From positions 1 through 52,656 of the forward strand of contig CAYMBN010000011.1 in the NCBI GenBank assembly GCA_964388715.1: a DNA stretch of 52,656 nt. The letters are read 5' to 3'. Position numbers and translations under genes: made by a program. The notes beneath the pieces are model-generated. The model had not been told where the DNA came from and did no database searches. It worked only from the letters and a program-made list of their open reading frames with translations. The DNA is from an uncultured Methanosarcinales archaeon. Its GTDB lineage: Archaea > Nanobdellota > Nanobdellia > Woesearchaeales > CAYMBN01. Positions 27,031 to 36,839 of this stretch are shown in pieces (the stretch's first letter is position 1; every line of letters starts with the position of its first letter).

Positions 27031-28416
27031 ATGATATCAAAGAAACTTTTGCTAATTTTATGTATTATTTTAGTATTGTTTGTTTCTGCATGTAGCAAAT
27101 GTCCTGAATCATGTGATGATGAAAAAGTATGTACCAGGGATGTTTGTTCTAAAGATACTAAGTATGAATGTAGACATATTCCTGTACCAAATTGTGTTTG
27201 TGGTAATGGAGATTGTGATGAAGCTGCAGGAGAAAACCAATGTACTTGTGCTGAGGATTGTGGTGCTTGTGCTGGTCAGGTTTCAGATTCAGTTGTTTAC
27301 AAGTGTGTTAATGATGTGTGTGATGTAAGTGTTAAGCCTGAGTTATTACAATTGAAAACTACAACAGATGCATTTACTTTATCTGCAGGAAAGTTAATAG
27401 CTGTTTCTGAGATGAATTTACCATTTAATTTTGTGAAAGATGTTGTTAATCTTAAATTGCATATGGAAAATTTTGCAACTGGTGTTGATAAAATTAAGAT
27501 CACAAAAGTGGAGTTTACTGGTTATTCAAGTAGACAAAAAACAACTTTAGCTGAGAGAGAAGTTAATAAAATGCTTTGGACAACTGATACTGTTATTGAA
27601 GAAGTGATTCCTTTAGTCTATAAAGGCACTGAACAAGAAGGAGAGTTTGCAGGATTATACATCAAAGTTTATTATGAATATGATAAAGAATCAACCAGTG
27701 GAATAGTGCAAAAATCAGAATCAAAAGAATTAAAGTATCCATTTGGGAAATTTAAATTTGTTAATACTGGTGTGAAAGAATGTGGTGTTTGTGATGATGG
27801 TAATGCAGGAACAAAAGATTCTTGTGGTGAAGAAACTAATTATTTTTGTGAATATACTCTTGTAGCTAATACTTGTGGTAATTTTGATTGTGGTTCAGGT
27901 GAGGATAAATGTAATTGTCCAAATGACTGTGGTCCTTGTAGTGGAGATGTTGGAAAGTATCTTGAAATGGGATGTATAAGTAAAAAATGTGAGACTTTTG
28001 TTAAAGATCTTAGTGAACTTAAGTCAACAACTGTTTTAGATGAAAGAACAATTTCTGGGTTTAAAATACAAACAAAAATAACATATGATGAACCTTTTAA
28101 TCTTATGAGTTCTGAACTAGGTTTTGTTTATACACTTGAAACTGTTGGTGATGGATTGACTGATCTTGCTATCACTAAAATACAATTGCTTGAAGGAACT
28201 AAGTTGTTAGGAGAGAAAGCTGTTAATCTTTTAATCATGCAAAGTGGTTCAGAGTATAGTTCTGTTGTGCCATTTGATTTTGATATGAAGGAAAATGAAG
28301 GAGATAAAAAAATAAAAATCAAGGTAAGTTATTCATATAAAAAAGATGAAGAGGTTAAGAAAGCAACTTATGAAAAAACTCTTGAATCAATACATTTCTT
28401 AAATCCAACAAAATGA
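27031..28416 (+). CDS. Cys-rich surface lipoprotein with two repeated modules
   Basis: Lipobox VSA-C; two copies of CDDxxxxTxDxC...CGNxDC...ExxCxCxxDCGxC, each followed by a beta-rich domain. Confidence 0.8.
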   Translation: MISKKLLLILCIILVLFVSACSKCPESCDDEKVCTRDVCSKDTKYECRHIPVPNCVCGNGDCDEAAGENQCTCAEDCGACAGQVSDSVVYKCVNDVCDVSVKPELLQLKTTTDAFTLSAGKLIAVSEMNLPFNFVKDVVNLKLHMENFATGVDKIKITKVEFTGYSSRQKTTLAEREVNKMLWTTDTVIEEVIPLVYKGTEQEGEFAGLYIKVYYEYDKESTSGIVQKSESKELKYPFGKFKFVNTGVKECGVCDDGNAGTKDSCGEETNYFCEYTLVANTCGNFDCGSGEDKCNCPNDCGPCSGDVGKYLEMGCISKKCETFVKDLSELKSTTVLDERTISGFKIQTKITYDEPFNLMSSELGFVYTLETVGDGLTDLAITKIQLLEGTKLLGEKAVNLLIMQSGSEYSSVVPFDFDMKENEGDKKIKIKVSYSYKKDEEVKKATYEKTLESIHFLNPTK

Positions 28417-28967
28417 ATAAACGGGGAATTGAATTATCAATAAATTTTATTGTAATGATGATTATAATACTTGTGATTCTTGTACTAAGTTTGTCTTTAA
28501 TGAAAAGATTTTTCGGAACAGCGCAAGAATTAAAAGAACAACTTGATCGAGAAACAGAAGATCAGATAACTTCTTTATTATCTGCAGGGCAAAGGGTTGC
28601 AGTGCCTGTAAACACTAAAAAAATTAATGTTGGAGAGAATGATATTTTTGGTGTTGGGGTTTTGAATGTTTTGACAGAGAAGAAGTTTAAGGTAAGTGTT
28701 AGTTTTGATGAAGCTTATCGTAAGGACGATACAAATATTGATGGTTTGTATGATAAATGGTTGCTTTATTCTGATGATGAGTTTTCTTTAGAAAAAAATG
28801 AACAAAAAATACATGCTGTTTTAGTTGCACCAAAAGGAAGTGTTGAACCAGGTACTTATATTTTTAATGTGGATGTAAGATATGACAGTAATGGAGACGA
28901 TGTTATTGATGGAAATGATGATCAGTATGATAGCAGTCTTCATAAATTATATGTTGTTGTTGGTTGA
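28413..28967 (+). CDS. pilin-like protein with class III signal peptide
   Basis: NKRG|IELSINFIVMMIIILVIL; paralogous in style to 26213. Confidence 0.78.
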   Translation: MNKRGIELSINFIVMMIIILVILVLSLSLMKRFFGTAQELKEQLDRETEDQITSLLSAGQRVAVPVNTKKINVGENDIFGVGVLNVLTEKKFKVSVSFDEAYRKDDTNIDGLYDKWLLYSDDEFSLEKNEQKIHAVLVAPKGSVEPGTYIFNVDVRYDSNGDDVIDGNDDQYDSSLHKLYVVVG

Positions 28968-29231
28968 TTTGTTGATTCTTTTACTCTTTTTGAAAAAAAT
29001 AAGTGTTATTTTTGAGTTTTAGTTTAAAATCTGTTCGGAAATTATATATATCCTAAAAACATTACTATCTTTAGAGGGGATGAGGAAGTAATTATAACAC
29101 TACTTGAATGTTGAAAGTAGTCATCCTAAAGTTCTACCGATGACAGTGTTTGACTTAATTTAAAACCCTCAAAAAAACCATGGGTTGAAAACAAGGTTTT
29201 CAATCTATTACAAATTTCGGAGAAATTTGAA

Positions 29232-29498
29232 ATGAGGATAAACCCATTAAAAATATTGGATGATGAATCTGAGCTTGATAGATTAAGGGATGAGAGAGAT
29301 AGCCTGGATGATGAGTTGATTAATAGTGAGGAAGGATTAGAAAGAGAGGTTTTTGGTGCAATTCCTATGAGTAGAGTTAACGCTGACCTTGAGAATATGG
29401 ACCTGTATGATCCTGATTACCACAGAATCATGAAGAACATAACAGGAGGTAATGGGCATCATATTATTGATGCAAATGGGCTGTTGTTGGGTGGATAG
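29232..29498 (+). CDS. acidic hypothetical protein
   Basis: 88-aa ORF with GGAG RBS. Confidence 0.6.
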   Translation: MRINPLKILDDESELDRLRDERDSLDDELINSEEGLEREVFGAIPMSRVNADLENMDLYDPDYHRIMKNITGGNGHHIIDANGLLLGG

Positions 29499-29573
29499 CT
29501 GTTTCTTGTGTTGTTACTAAAAGGTGGTGTAAAATAGAAAGATTTATAAAGGATGAGTTCTTGTTTGTTTAAT

Positions 29574-30212
29574 ATGGCACAAGAGATTTTTGAAGATATA
29601 TTTGATAAGGATAATATGAATTCTGTAGTTTGGCAAACTGTTAAAAAAAATGTAAAGTTAGAAGAAGTGGTTTGGCAAATTGCTAGAGGAAAAGATAAGA
29701 TAGATTTAAGGAATTTTGATCTTGATACTTATGAGATTCCAGATAGTTATATTACTATAACTTTAGTTATTGATTCTGATAATTATGCTCAACAAATAAG
29801 AAGAACAGTTGATAGAATTGTTGAAGCAGCTGAAAAGAGAGGATGTTCACCTAATCTTCATACAGCTATCTATGAGGCAGCTTTAAATGCTTATCAACAT
29901 GGAAATAAATGTGATCCTGATAAGAAAATATTAATTTCTTATGTTTTGAGAGACAATACAATAGAGGTTGCAGTGATTGATGAAGGTGGTGAAATAGATA
30001 CTAAATTTTTACCTTTTATTCTAAAACATAAAAGTGAAGGATGTAAAGATCAGTACATAGATTTTTATGAATTTACTGGACAAGATAAACCTAAAAGAAA
30101 TAATGGTACAGGAACTTCATTTATGCATGCTTATGTTGATGATGTTTTTTATTTTAAATCAGCAGAAGGTGGTTTAGTAGTACATCTTTCTAAGAAGTTG
30201 AATGGGAAATAG
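29574..30212 (+). CDS. HATPase_c (RsbW-like) ATP-binding protein
   Basis: EAALNAYQHGN (N box), VIDEGG (G1), GTGTSFM (G2). Confidence 0.82.
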   Translation: MAQEIFEDIFDKDNMNSVVWQTVKKNVKLEEVVWQIARGKDKIDLRNFDLDTYEIPDSYITITLVIDSDNYAQQIRRTVDRIVEAAEKRGCSPNLHTAIYEAALNAYQHGNKCDPDKKILISYVLRDNTIEVAVIDEGGEIDTKFLPFILKHKSEGCKDQYIDFYEFTGQDKPKRNNGTGTSFMHAYVDDVFYFKSAEGGLVVHLSKKLNGK

Positions 30213-30848
30213 TTAATACTCAATACCTTTCCTGGCATTGATGCCCTTGTTCATTGGGTGTTTTATTTCTTTCATTTCTGTGACTAAGTCTGCGAGTTCA
30301 ATTAGTTCTGCTGGAGCGTTTCTTCCTGTTAGAATAAGCTCTGTCTTTTTGTTCTTTGTGTTGATTAATTCAATTACATCATTTATGTCAATTAGGTTTG
30401 CTTTGACTGCGCAGTTTATCTCGTCCAGGATTAACATGTGATGTTCTCCTTTTTGTGAGATGTCTTTTGCTAGTTCAAAAGCTTTTATTGCTTGCTGTTT
30501 TTCACTGTCATCAACTAAGAAACAGTATCTACATTCACCGCAGTGTTTGATTCCTCTTATTTTGTCAGCAAGAGGACAATTTTCGTCACCAGGTACTAAT
30601 TTGAGCTGTTTGTCTTCTTTAACACAACCTTTACCAAATTGCACTATCTCAATGTTTTGTAAATAGTTTTTTGCAGCAACAAATTCGCCTGTGTAAGCAC
30701 CACCTTTCATAAACTGGATAATGTGTACTTTAAAACCTTGGCCAACTGCTCTTAGTGCTAAACCCATGGCAGCTGTTGTTTTGCCTTTTCCATCTCCAGT
30801 GTAAACGTGGATTAATCCTCTTTTTTGTACCTCATTTTTTTCTTGCAT
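30213..30848 (-). CDS. cobO: cob(I)alamin adenosyltransferase (CobA/CobO/BtuR)
   Basis: YTGDGKGKTTAAMG, QFMKG, LDEI, LTGR, ADLVTEM, KHP, GIEY. Confidence 0.94.
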   Translation of the reverse strand: MQEKNEVQKRGLIHVYTGDGKGKTTAAMGLALRAVGQGFKVHIIQFMKGGAYTGEFVAAKNYLQNIEIVQFGKGCVKEDKQLKLVPGDENCPLADKIRGIKHCGECRYCFLVDDSEKQQAIKAFELAKDISQKGEHHMLILDEINCAVKANLIDINDVIELINTKNKKTELILTGRNAPAELIELADLVTEMKEIKHPMNKGINARKGIEY

Positions 30849-30857
30849 GAGAATGAT

Positions 30858-33005
30858 CTAAATATGGCAAGTAGGACAACCACCAGCGTATTCTGCTGAG
30901 ACAGTTAGTCCTTTCTTGGTTTTTTTCATAGGAATCTTTTTACCAGTGCTTTGTACAACTGTTTTTCGTGATGTTCCTATGTTAAGTACTTGTTCTTCTC
31001 TACTTTTGTCACGGTAAATTGTGATTCCTTTACAGCCTGTTTTGTAAGCGAGCATGAAAACTTTTTCAACATCTTGGATTGTTGCATCGTTTCTGAAATT
31101 GACTGTTTTACTTACAGCATTGTCTGTATATTTTTGGAATGCTGCTTGTATTTTAACATGCCATTCAGGTGTTATGTCGTGTGATGTTACGAAAATTCTT
31201 CGAATGTGTGCAGGTACTTCTTCAATACCATGTAATGATCCTACCTGTGCGATCTTTTTCATTAAAGTGTAATCATAAAAGCCTTGTTTTTTTGCAATTT
31301 GTTCAAATAAAGGATTAACTTCAAGTAGTTCTGCACCGTCTAGTACATGACGGATGAATGAAATTGCAAATAAAGGTTCGATTCCAGAAGAACAACCTGC
31401 AATAATACTTATTGTACCTGTTGGAGCAATTGTTGTTAATGTTGCGTTTCTTAATTTTGGTCCGTTGGGTCTATTGTAAACACTTATTTTGTAATTAGGA
31501 AATACACCACGTTTTTTTGCAAGCTCTTCTGACATTTTCCTTGATTCAATTCTAATGAATTTCATAACTTTTTCAGCTGTTTCAACTGCTTTAGTACTAT
31601 TATATGGAATGCCTAACTGAATAAGCATGTCTGCGAATCCCATTACACCAAAACCTATCTTTCTGTTGGCTCTTACCATATCTGCGATTTTTCTTAATGG
31701 ATATCTGCATTTGTCAATAACATTATCAAGGTAATGAACACAGGTTCTTACTAGTTTTCTTAGTTTGTCCCAATCAATTTGTCCATCTTTAGCAACTTTG
31801 GAAAGGTTTATTGAACCTAGGTTACATGATTCAAATGGTAATAATGGTTGTTCACCGCATGGGTTAGTGCTTTCTATTTCGCCAAGTTTAGGTGTTGGAT
31901 TATACTTGTTTAGTTTGTCAATAAATATTACTCCTGGTTCACCATTTTTCCATGCCATTGTACAAATTAATCTGAAAACTTCCCTTGCTTTAAGTTTTTC
32001 AACAACTAATCCATTATGTGGACTAATTAAATCATAAGTGTCATTAGTTTTTACAGCTTCCATAAACTTGTCTGTGATTGCAACAGAAATATTGAAATTG
32101 TTATATGCACCTTCTTTTTCTTTGCAAACAATAAAGTCAAGTATGTCAGGATGGTCAATTCTTAGTATGCCCATGTTTGCTCCTCTTCTTCTTCCACCTT
32201 GTTTAATGACTTCTGTGCTCATGTTATAAACTCTCATGAAAGATAATGGGCCTGATGCAACACCATGACTTGACTTAACAACATCACCTCTAGGTCTTAT
32301 TTTTGAGAATGAAAATCCTGTACCACCACCACTCTGGTGAATTATTGCAGTATATTTTAATGAATCAAATATGCTTTCAATTGAATCATGTACAGGAAGA
32401 ACAAAACATCCTGCTAATTGTTGTAAAGGACGGCCAGCGTTCATTAATGTAGGTGAATTTGGTAAAAATTCAAGATTAACCATTACTTCAAAGAAATCTT
32501 TTTCAATTTGTTTTGTGTTAGCATTTTTATCATATAATTTGTCAGCGCTTGCAATGTTTTCAGCAACTCTTTCAAACATGTCGTGTGGTTTTTCAATTAC
32601 ATTTCCATTTGCATCTTTTTTCAGATATCGTTTTTCAAGAACTTTTAATGCGTTTAATGAAAGTTCTGTTTTGATTTTCATACCTAAGTAGAATGATTTT
32701 GCAGCTCTTAGTTTTGCTCTTTCTTGTCTATATATAATGTAAGATTTAACTGTGCTTGCATGGCCTCGTTCAATAAGTACTTTTTCAACCATATCTTGAA
32801 CTTCTTCTACAGTTGGAATATCACGTTTAGTGAATTTTTGATTAATGAGTATAACTACTTCATCAGATAATTTTTTAGAAAGTTCTTTATCTTTGCCACC
32901 TACTGATTGGGCTGCTTTAAAAATAGCATCTGTAATTCTATCCTGATCAAAAGGCACAATTCTACCATCACGTTTTCGAATCTCTTTAATATGACTATCA
33001 ATCAT
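30858..33005 (-). CDS. nrdJ: class II (B12-dependent) ribonucleotide reductase with ATP cone
   Basis: KRDGR ATP cone, PNSPTLMNAG, TNPCGEQPL, TIAPTGT, C-terminal CPTC. Confidence 0.95.
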   Translation of the reverse strand: MIDSHIKEIRKRDGRIVPFDQDRITDAIFKAAQSVGGKDKELSKKLSDEVVILINQKFTKRDIPTVEEVQDMVEKVLIERGHASTVKSYIIYRQERAKLRAAKSFYLGMKIKTELSLNALKVLEKRYLKKDANGNVIEKPHDMFERVAENIASADKLYDKNANTKQIEKDFFEVMVNLEFLPNSPTLMNAGRPLQQLAGCFVLPVHDSIESIFDSLKYTAIIHQSGGGTGFSFSKIRPRGDVVKSSHGVASGPLSFMRVYNMSTEVIKQGGRRRGANMGILRIDHPDILDFIVCKEKEGAYNNFNISVAITDKFMEAVKTNDTYDLISPHNGLVVEKLKAREVFRLICTMAWKNGEPGVIFIDKLNKYNPTPKLGEIESTNPCGEQPLLPFESCNLGSINLSKVAKDGQIDWDKLRKLVRTCVHYLDNVIDKCRYPLRKIADMVRANRKIGFGVMGFADMLIQLGIPYNSTKAVETAEKVMKFIRIESRKMSEELAKKRGVFPNYKISVYNRPNGPKLRNATLTTIAPTGTISIIAGCSSGIEPLFAISFIRHVLDGAELLEVNPLFEQIAKKQGFYDYTLMKKIAQVGSLHGIEEVPAHIRRIFVTSHDITPEWHVKIQAAFQKYTDNAVSKTVNFRNDATIQDVEKVFMLAYKTGCKGITIYRDKSREEQVLNIGTSRKTVVQSTGKKIPMKKTKKGLTVSAEYAGGCPTCHI

Positions 33006-33112
33006 AAAAACACCCCATTTTACAATAAAAAGTAAGAAGTTTATATTTAAATGTTTTTTGTTTTGGTATTTTACGAAATATTTATAAAAAAACTTGTAAT
33101 TCATTACTTATT

Positions 33113-33712
33113 ATGAATAAAATATCACAAGGAGCTGAAGCTACTCTGTATAGGGAAGGAGATATTGTTGTTAAGCATAGGAGTGAGAAGTCTTATCGAC
33201 ATAAAGATATTGATGCAAAGCTGCGGAAGAGCCGAACTAGGAGAGAAGCTAAGGTTTTGGGAAAGTTGAAAGGGATTGGGTTTCCTGTGCCTGGACTGAT
33301 TAATATGGATGATAAAGATATGAAGATTGAGATGGAATTTGTTAATGGAGATAAGTTACGTGATGTTTTGCATAAGGATTATAAGAAATTGAGTAGAGAG
33401 ATTGGGAAAAAAGTAGGTGTTTTGCATAAGAATAATATTATTCATGGTGATTTGACAACTTCTAATATGATGTTGGATGGTGAAATCAAATTCATTGACT
33501 TTGGATTAAGTTTTTTTTCTACTCATGTTGAAGATAAGGCTGTTGATTTGCACTTGTTACGGAGAGCTTTGGCTAGTAAGCATCATGAAATCTTTGAAGA
33601 ATGTTTTGATGAGGTTGTGAAAGGATACAAAGAAGAATGTGCTGATGCTATTGAGGTTTTGAATAGGTTGGAGAAGGTTGAAAGTAGAGGAAGGAATAAA
33701 GGGAAACACTAA
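33113..33712 (+). CDS. bud32: KEOPS kinase Bud32
   Basis: QGAEA, RTRREA, HGDLTTSN, IDFGL, EDKAVDL, RGR. Confidence 0.94.
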   Translation: MNKISQGAEATLYREGDIVVKHRSEKSYRHKDIDAKLRKSRTRREAKVLGKLKGIGFPVPGLINMDDKDMKIEMEFVNGDKLRDVLHKDYKKLSREIGKKVGVLHKNNIIHGDLTTSNMMLDGEIKFIDFGLSFFSTHVEDKAVDLHLLRRALASKHHEIFEECFDEVVKGYKEECADAIEVLNRLEKVESRGRNKGKH

Positions 33713-34254
33713 TTTTGTTTAGTATTAATGTTCTCAACTTTATTATTTAAATAATGTTTCACTAATGATTTTGCAAGATATACATACATCAATGAAACAC
33801 CTTTTTTTTCATCTTTTACTGACCCAGTTTTTATAAATTCAGGTACAATATAAAAGAAAGCTTGTTGCATAGGAAATCCTTTTGATTCATCATATTCCCA
33901 GAGACAATCCCATGCAGAAGTTCCTTCTGCTGTAGCTAAAAATAAAGCATTTAGAGCTTTATTAGCTTCTGGAGAAATGTAAGGTGGGTCATAGGAAAAT
34001 GACTCATCACCTAACTCTGCTTTAATCATATCTCCTATCTCAGGATTATTTTTTATAATTAGTAATCTATCTTCTAAAGTAGGGAGTTGATCAAGCTCAG
34101 GAGATTTAAATCTTTGTCTTAATAAATCAATATATGGTAACAAAAATTCATCTTCATAAAAGAGTTCTAATAATTGTTCTGGAAAATGTGGTTGATAAGG
34201 CTCTTCCGTAACAATTAGTTTTAATCTTTGAATAAATTCTTTATCTTCTTGCAT
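33709..34254 (-). CDS. hypothetical protein
   Basis: 181-aa ORF with TATA upstream. Confidence 0.7.
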   Translation of the reverse strand: MQEDKEFIQRLKLIVTEEPYQPHFPEQLLELFYEDEFLLPYIDLLRQRFKSPELDQLPTLEDRLLIIKNNPEIGDMIKAELGDESFSYDPPYISPEANKALNALFLATAEGTSAWDCLWEYDESKGFPMQQAFFYIVPEFIKTGSVKDEKKGVSLMYVYLAKSLVKHYLNNKVENINTKQN

Positions 34255-34325
34255 ACTAATTCAAAGAAGTCAAGGAATTTAAATACTTTTTCAAATTTTT
34301 TTTTGTATCTTGATTAATTATTTGA

Positions 34326-35591
34326 TTATCTTCTTCTGTGGAAAGAACCTTTTCTTTTTGTTGCTCGTCTTCTTCTATCGTTCCCAGATTGATTTCTATT
34401 GCTTCTACTGTGTCTGTTGAATTTTCTTTTGAATCCTCTTTTGAAGTTTCCTCTGTTATTGTCTCTTATTATTCTTACTCTCTCTAAAAATGGTTTTTCT
34501 CGTTTTTTGATTATGAAATCACGATATTCATATTGAATTCTGCCAAACTTATCATGATCAATTGGTGATAATAGATTAACTACTATACCTTCTTCTCCTG
34601 CTCTTGCTGTTCTCCCAATTCTGTGCACGTAATCTTTTGGATCTTCAGGGATGTCATAGTTGTATATGTGGGATACGTTGTCAATGTGTAATCCTCGTGC
34701 TGCTACATCTGTACAAACTAATATTGTTGCTTTAGCGTCATTGAACAATCCAATTATTTTTGTTCGTCTGTTTTGTGACAAACCACCGTGAATTGCAATA
34801 GCATTAATTTTATTAGCTTTGAGATTGTTTACAACAAAGTCTGTGTTTATTCTGGTTTTACAGAATACCATGACTAAACCAGATGTTTCTTTTTTTAACA
34901 GATGTATAAGTAAAGATAATTTTAAGCTTCTTGAGATGTCATAATAAACTTGTTTAAGTTTACTTGGGTCAACCATGTTTTTTGCCATAACTTTGATTGG
35001 ATTATTCATAAATTTGTCAGCTAACTTTTTTATCTCTTGCGAAATTGTTGCAGAGAAAAATAATGTTTGACGTCTTTTTGGACAAACTCTAATAATTTGA
35101 CTAACATCTTTTATGAATCCCATGTCTAACATTCTATCTGCTTCATCTAAGACTAATATTTTGATCTTGCTAAGATCAATTGTTCTTCGCTGAAGGTGGT
35201 CTAATAATCTACCTGGTGTTCCTACTACTACATCTGCATATTCTAATCCATGAATCTGTGGGTTGATTGAAACTCCACCATAAACAGAAATTATCCTTAA
35301 TTTTTGATGTTTGGATAGTTGGATAAGTGAATTAGTAACTTGTTCTGCAAGTTCCCTTGTAGGTGTTAGTACTAATGCTTGTAGTCCTTTTTTGTGAACT
35401 ACTTGTTCAACAATAGCACAGCCAAAAGCTAATGTTTTACCTGAGCCTGTTGCTGATTCTCCAATTACATCTTTCCCCTTTACAATGTGTGGGATAGATT
35501 TCCTTTGAATCTCAGTAGGTTCTGTTATTCCTTGTGATTTTATTGTTTCTATTAGTTCTTTACTTAAATCTAAATTATTAAATATATTCAT
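34326..35591 (-). CDS. DEAD-box RNA helicase
   Basis: TGSGKT, PTRELA, DEAD, SAT, HRIGRTAR; Arg-rich tail. Confidence 0.96.
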   Translation of the reverse strand: MNIFNNLDLSKELIETIKSQGITEPTEIQRKSIPHIVKGKDVIGESATGSGKTLAFGCAIVEQVVHKKGLQALVLTPTRELAEQVTNSLIQLSKHQKLRIISVYGGVSINPQIHGLEYADVVVGTPGRLLDHLQRRTIDLSKIKILVLDEADRMLDMGFIKDVSQIIRVCPKRRQTLFFSATISQEIKKLADKFMNNPIKVMAKNMVDPSKLKQVYYDISRSLKLSLLIHLLKKETSGLVMVFCKTRINTDFVVNNLKANKINAIAIHGGLSQNRRTKIIGLFNDAKATILVCTDVAARGLHIDNVSHIYNYDIPEDPKDYVHRIGRTARAGEEGIVVNLLSPIDHDKFGRIQYEYRDFIIKKREKPFLERVRIIRDNNRGNFKRGFKRKFNRHSRSNRNQSGNDRRRRATKRKGSFHRRR

Positions 35592-35712
35592 TCTTTTATA
35601 CCTCGTTATATCAAAGCACTTCTTTAGAAAAAGCGAAATGTTCATTAAACAAGTGCTCTCTCACCATGCTCTCTTAACATCAAGATTCTCGTTCACTTTA
35701 TAAACTTTTCTA

Positions 35713-35988
35713 TTAACCGTAAATTAATGCACCTACTGCGATGAAAACCTGGACGATGATTAAGCCAAGGTTCATTATTAAAATTGGTTTGTCTTTGTGT
35801 AATATTCCATAAATAAACCATAGCAGTGAAATAATAGAAAAACTGAACCAGGAAATGACTGAAACACCTGCTGCGCTCTTGTATAACCATATTTTGAATA
35901 ATTGTGGAAGGTTAACAAGAGGACCTGCAATGACAGCAATGTAAATTATTTTGTCATATGAGGTTTTTAATTTATTGTTGCTTATCAT
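35713..35988 (-). CDS. SemiSWEET / PQ-loop transporter
   Basis: LPQLFKI, SAAGVS, WFIYG; 3 TM helices. Confidence 0.85.
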   Translation of the reverse strand: MISNNKLKTSYDKIIYIAVIAGPLVNLPQLFKIWLYKSAAGVSVISWFSFSIISLLWFIYGILHKDKPILIMNLGLIIVQVFIAVGALIYG

Positions 35989-36018
35989 AATAGAGTTTTT
36001 GTTTTATTAGTATATATA

Positions 36019-36805
36019 TTTATCGGATATCGAAAAATTTAAAAATTGTCCTCAGTTCCCTGGGATTATGGTATTTATATTTGAAAAGACTATTGAGAAT
36101 TTTCTTAGTGAAGCAGGAGCAATAGTTCATCACGCTAAATACAAAAGAGGTGAACTAGGATTAACAGGTGATCCATGTAAAAATGCTTCTCTTCTCAATA
36201 TGTCTGGTGGGTTTTATTATGAGATTGGTAGAACAATTCATGTTGATAATCATGATTATTTTTTTAATCTACTTAGGGAAGCTATGTTGAATTCTGAATT
36301 TCGTGGTGGAGGTCTTACAGAATTAGAGGTTTACAGAACTGAAAAAGGTATAGTCACTGTGGTGGATCAAAATTCTCCATGGGACTTTAGAAAAAAGGTT
36401 AAGACAAGTCAGTTATTTGTAGAAACAAGAAATACACTACAAAATCTTTGTGTTGATTTTTCATTAAGATATGATAAGATAACTCAACAGCTAGTGCTTG
36501 AGACTGATGAGGGTGTAGATGTTCCAACTAATGTACAAGAATTACTAGAAAGGTTAAGTTCAAGGTATGGAGAAAAACTGAATGGAATAACACCTGATGA
36601 CTTGTATTTAAGTGAAGGTCTTGTACAGAGATTTGGTATGAAAGTTTTAGGTACTGGATTGGAGATGTTCAGTAAAGATCCTGATAACGTAAGAAGGTGG
36701 GAAGTGACTTATTCTGATGAGGGTAGACAGACTATAATCATGTATCTGGCTGAGAACATTAAAGAATTTTAAGATGGTTTTATCAGATATCGAAAAGTTT
36801 AAAAA
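36019..36805. repeat. 27-bp direct repeat (25/27) bracketing one orphan gene
   Basis: TTTATC(G/A)GATATCGAAAA(A/G)TTTAAAAA at 36019-36045 and 36779-36805. Confidence 0.7.
36068..36772 (+). CDS. hypothetical protein
   Basis: 234-aa ORF. Confidence 0.75.
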   Translation: MVFIFEKTIENFLSEAGAIVHHAKYKRGELGLTGDPCKNASLLNMSGGFYYEIGRTIHVDNHDYFFNLLREAMLNSEFRGGGLTELEVYRTEKGIVTVVDQNSPWDFRKKVKTSQLFVETRNTLQNLCVDFSLRYDKITQQLVLETDEGVDVPTNVQELLERLSSRYGEKLNGITPDDLYLSEGLVQRFGMKVLGTGLEMFSKDPDNVRRWEVTYSDEGRQTIIMYLAENIKEF

Positions 36806-36839
36806 CAACATTGCTTTAATGTGATTTAATGGGGTGTTT

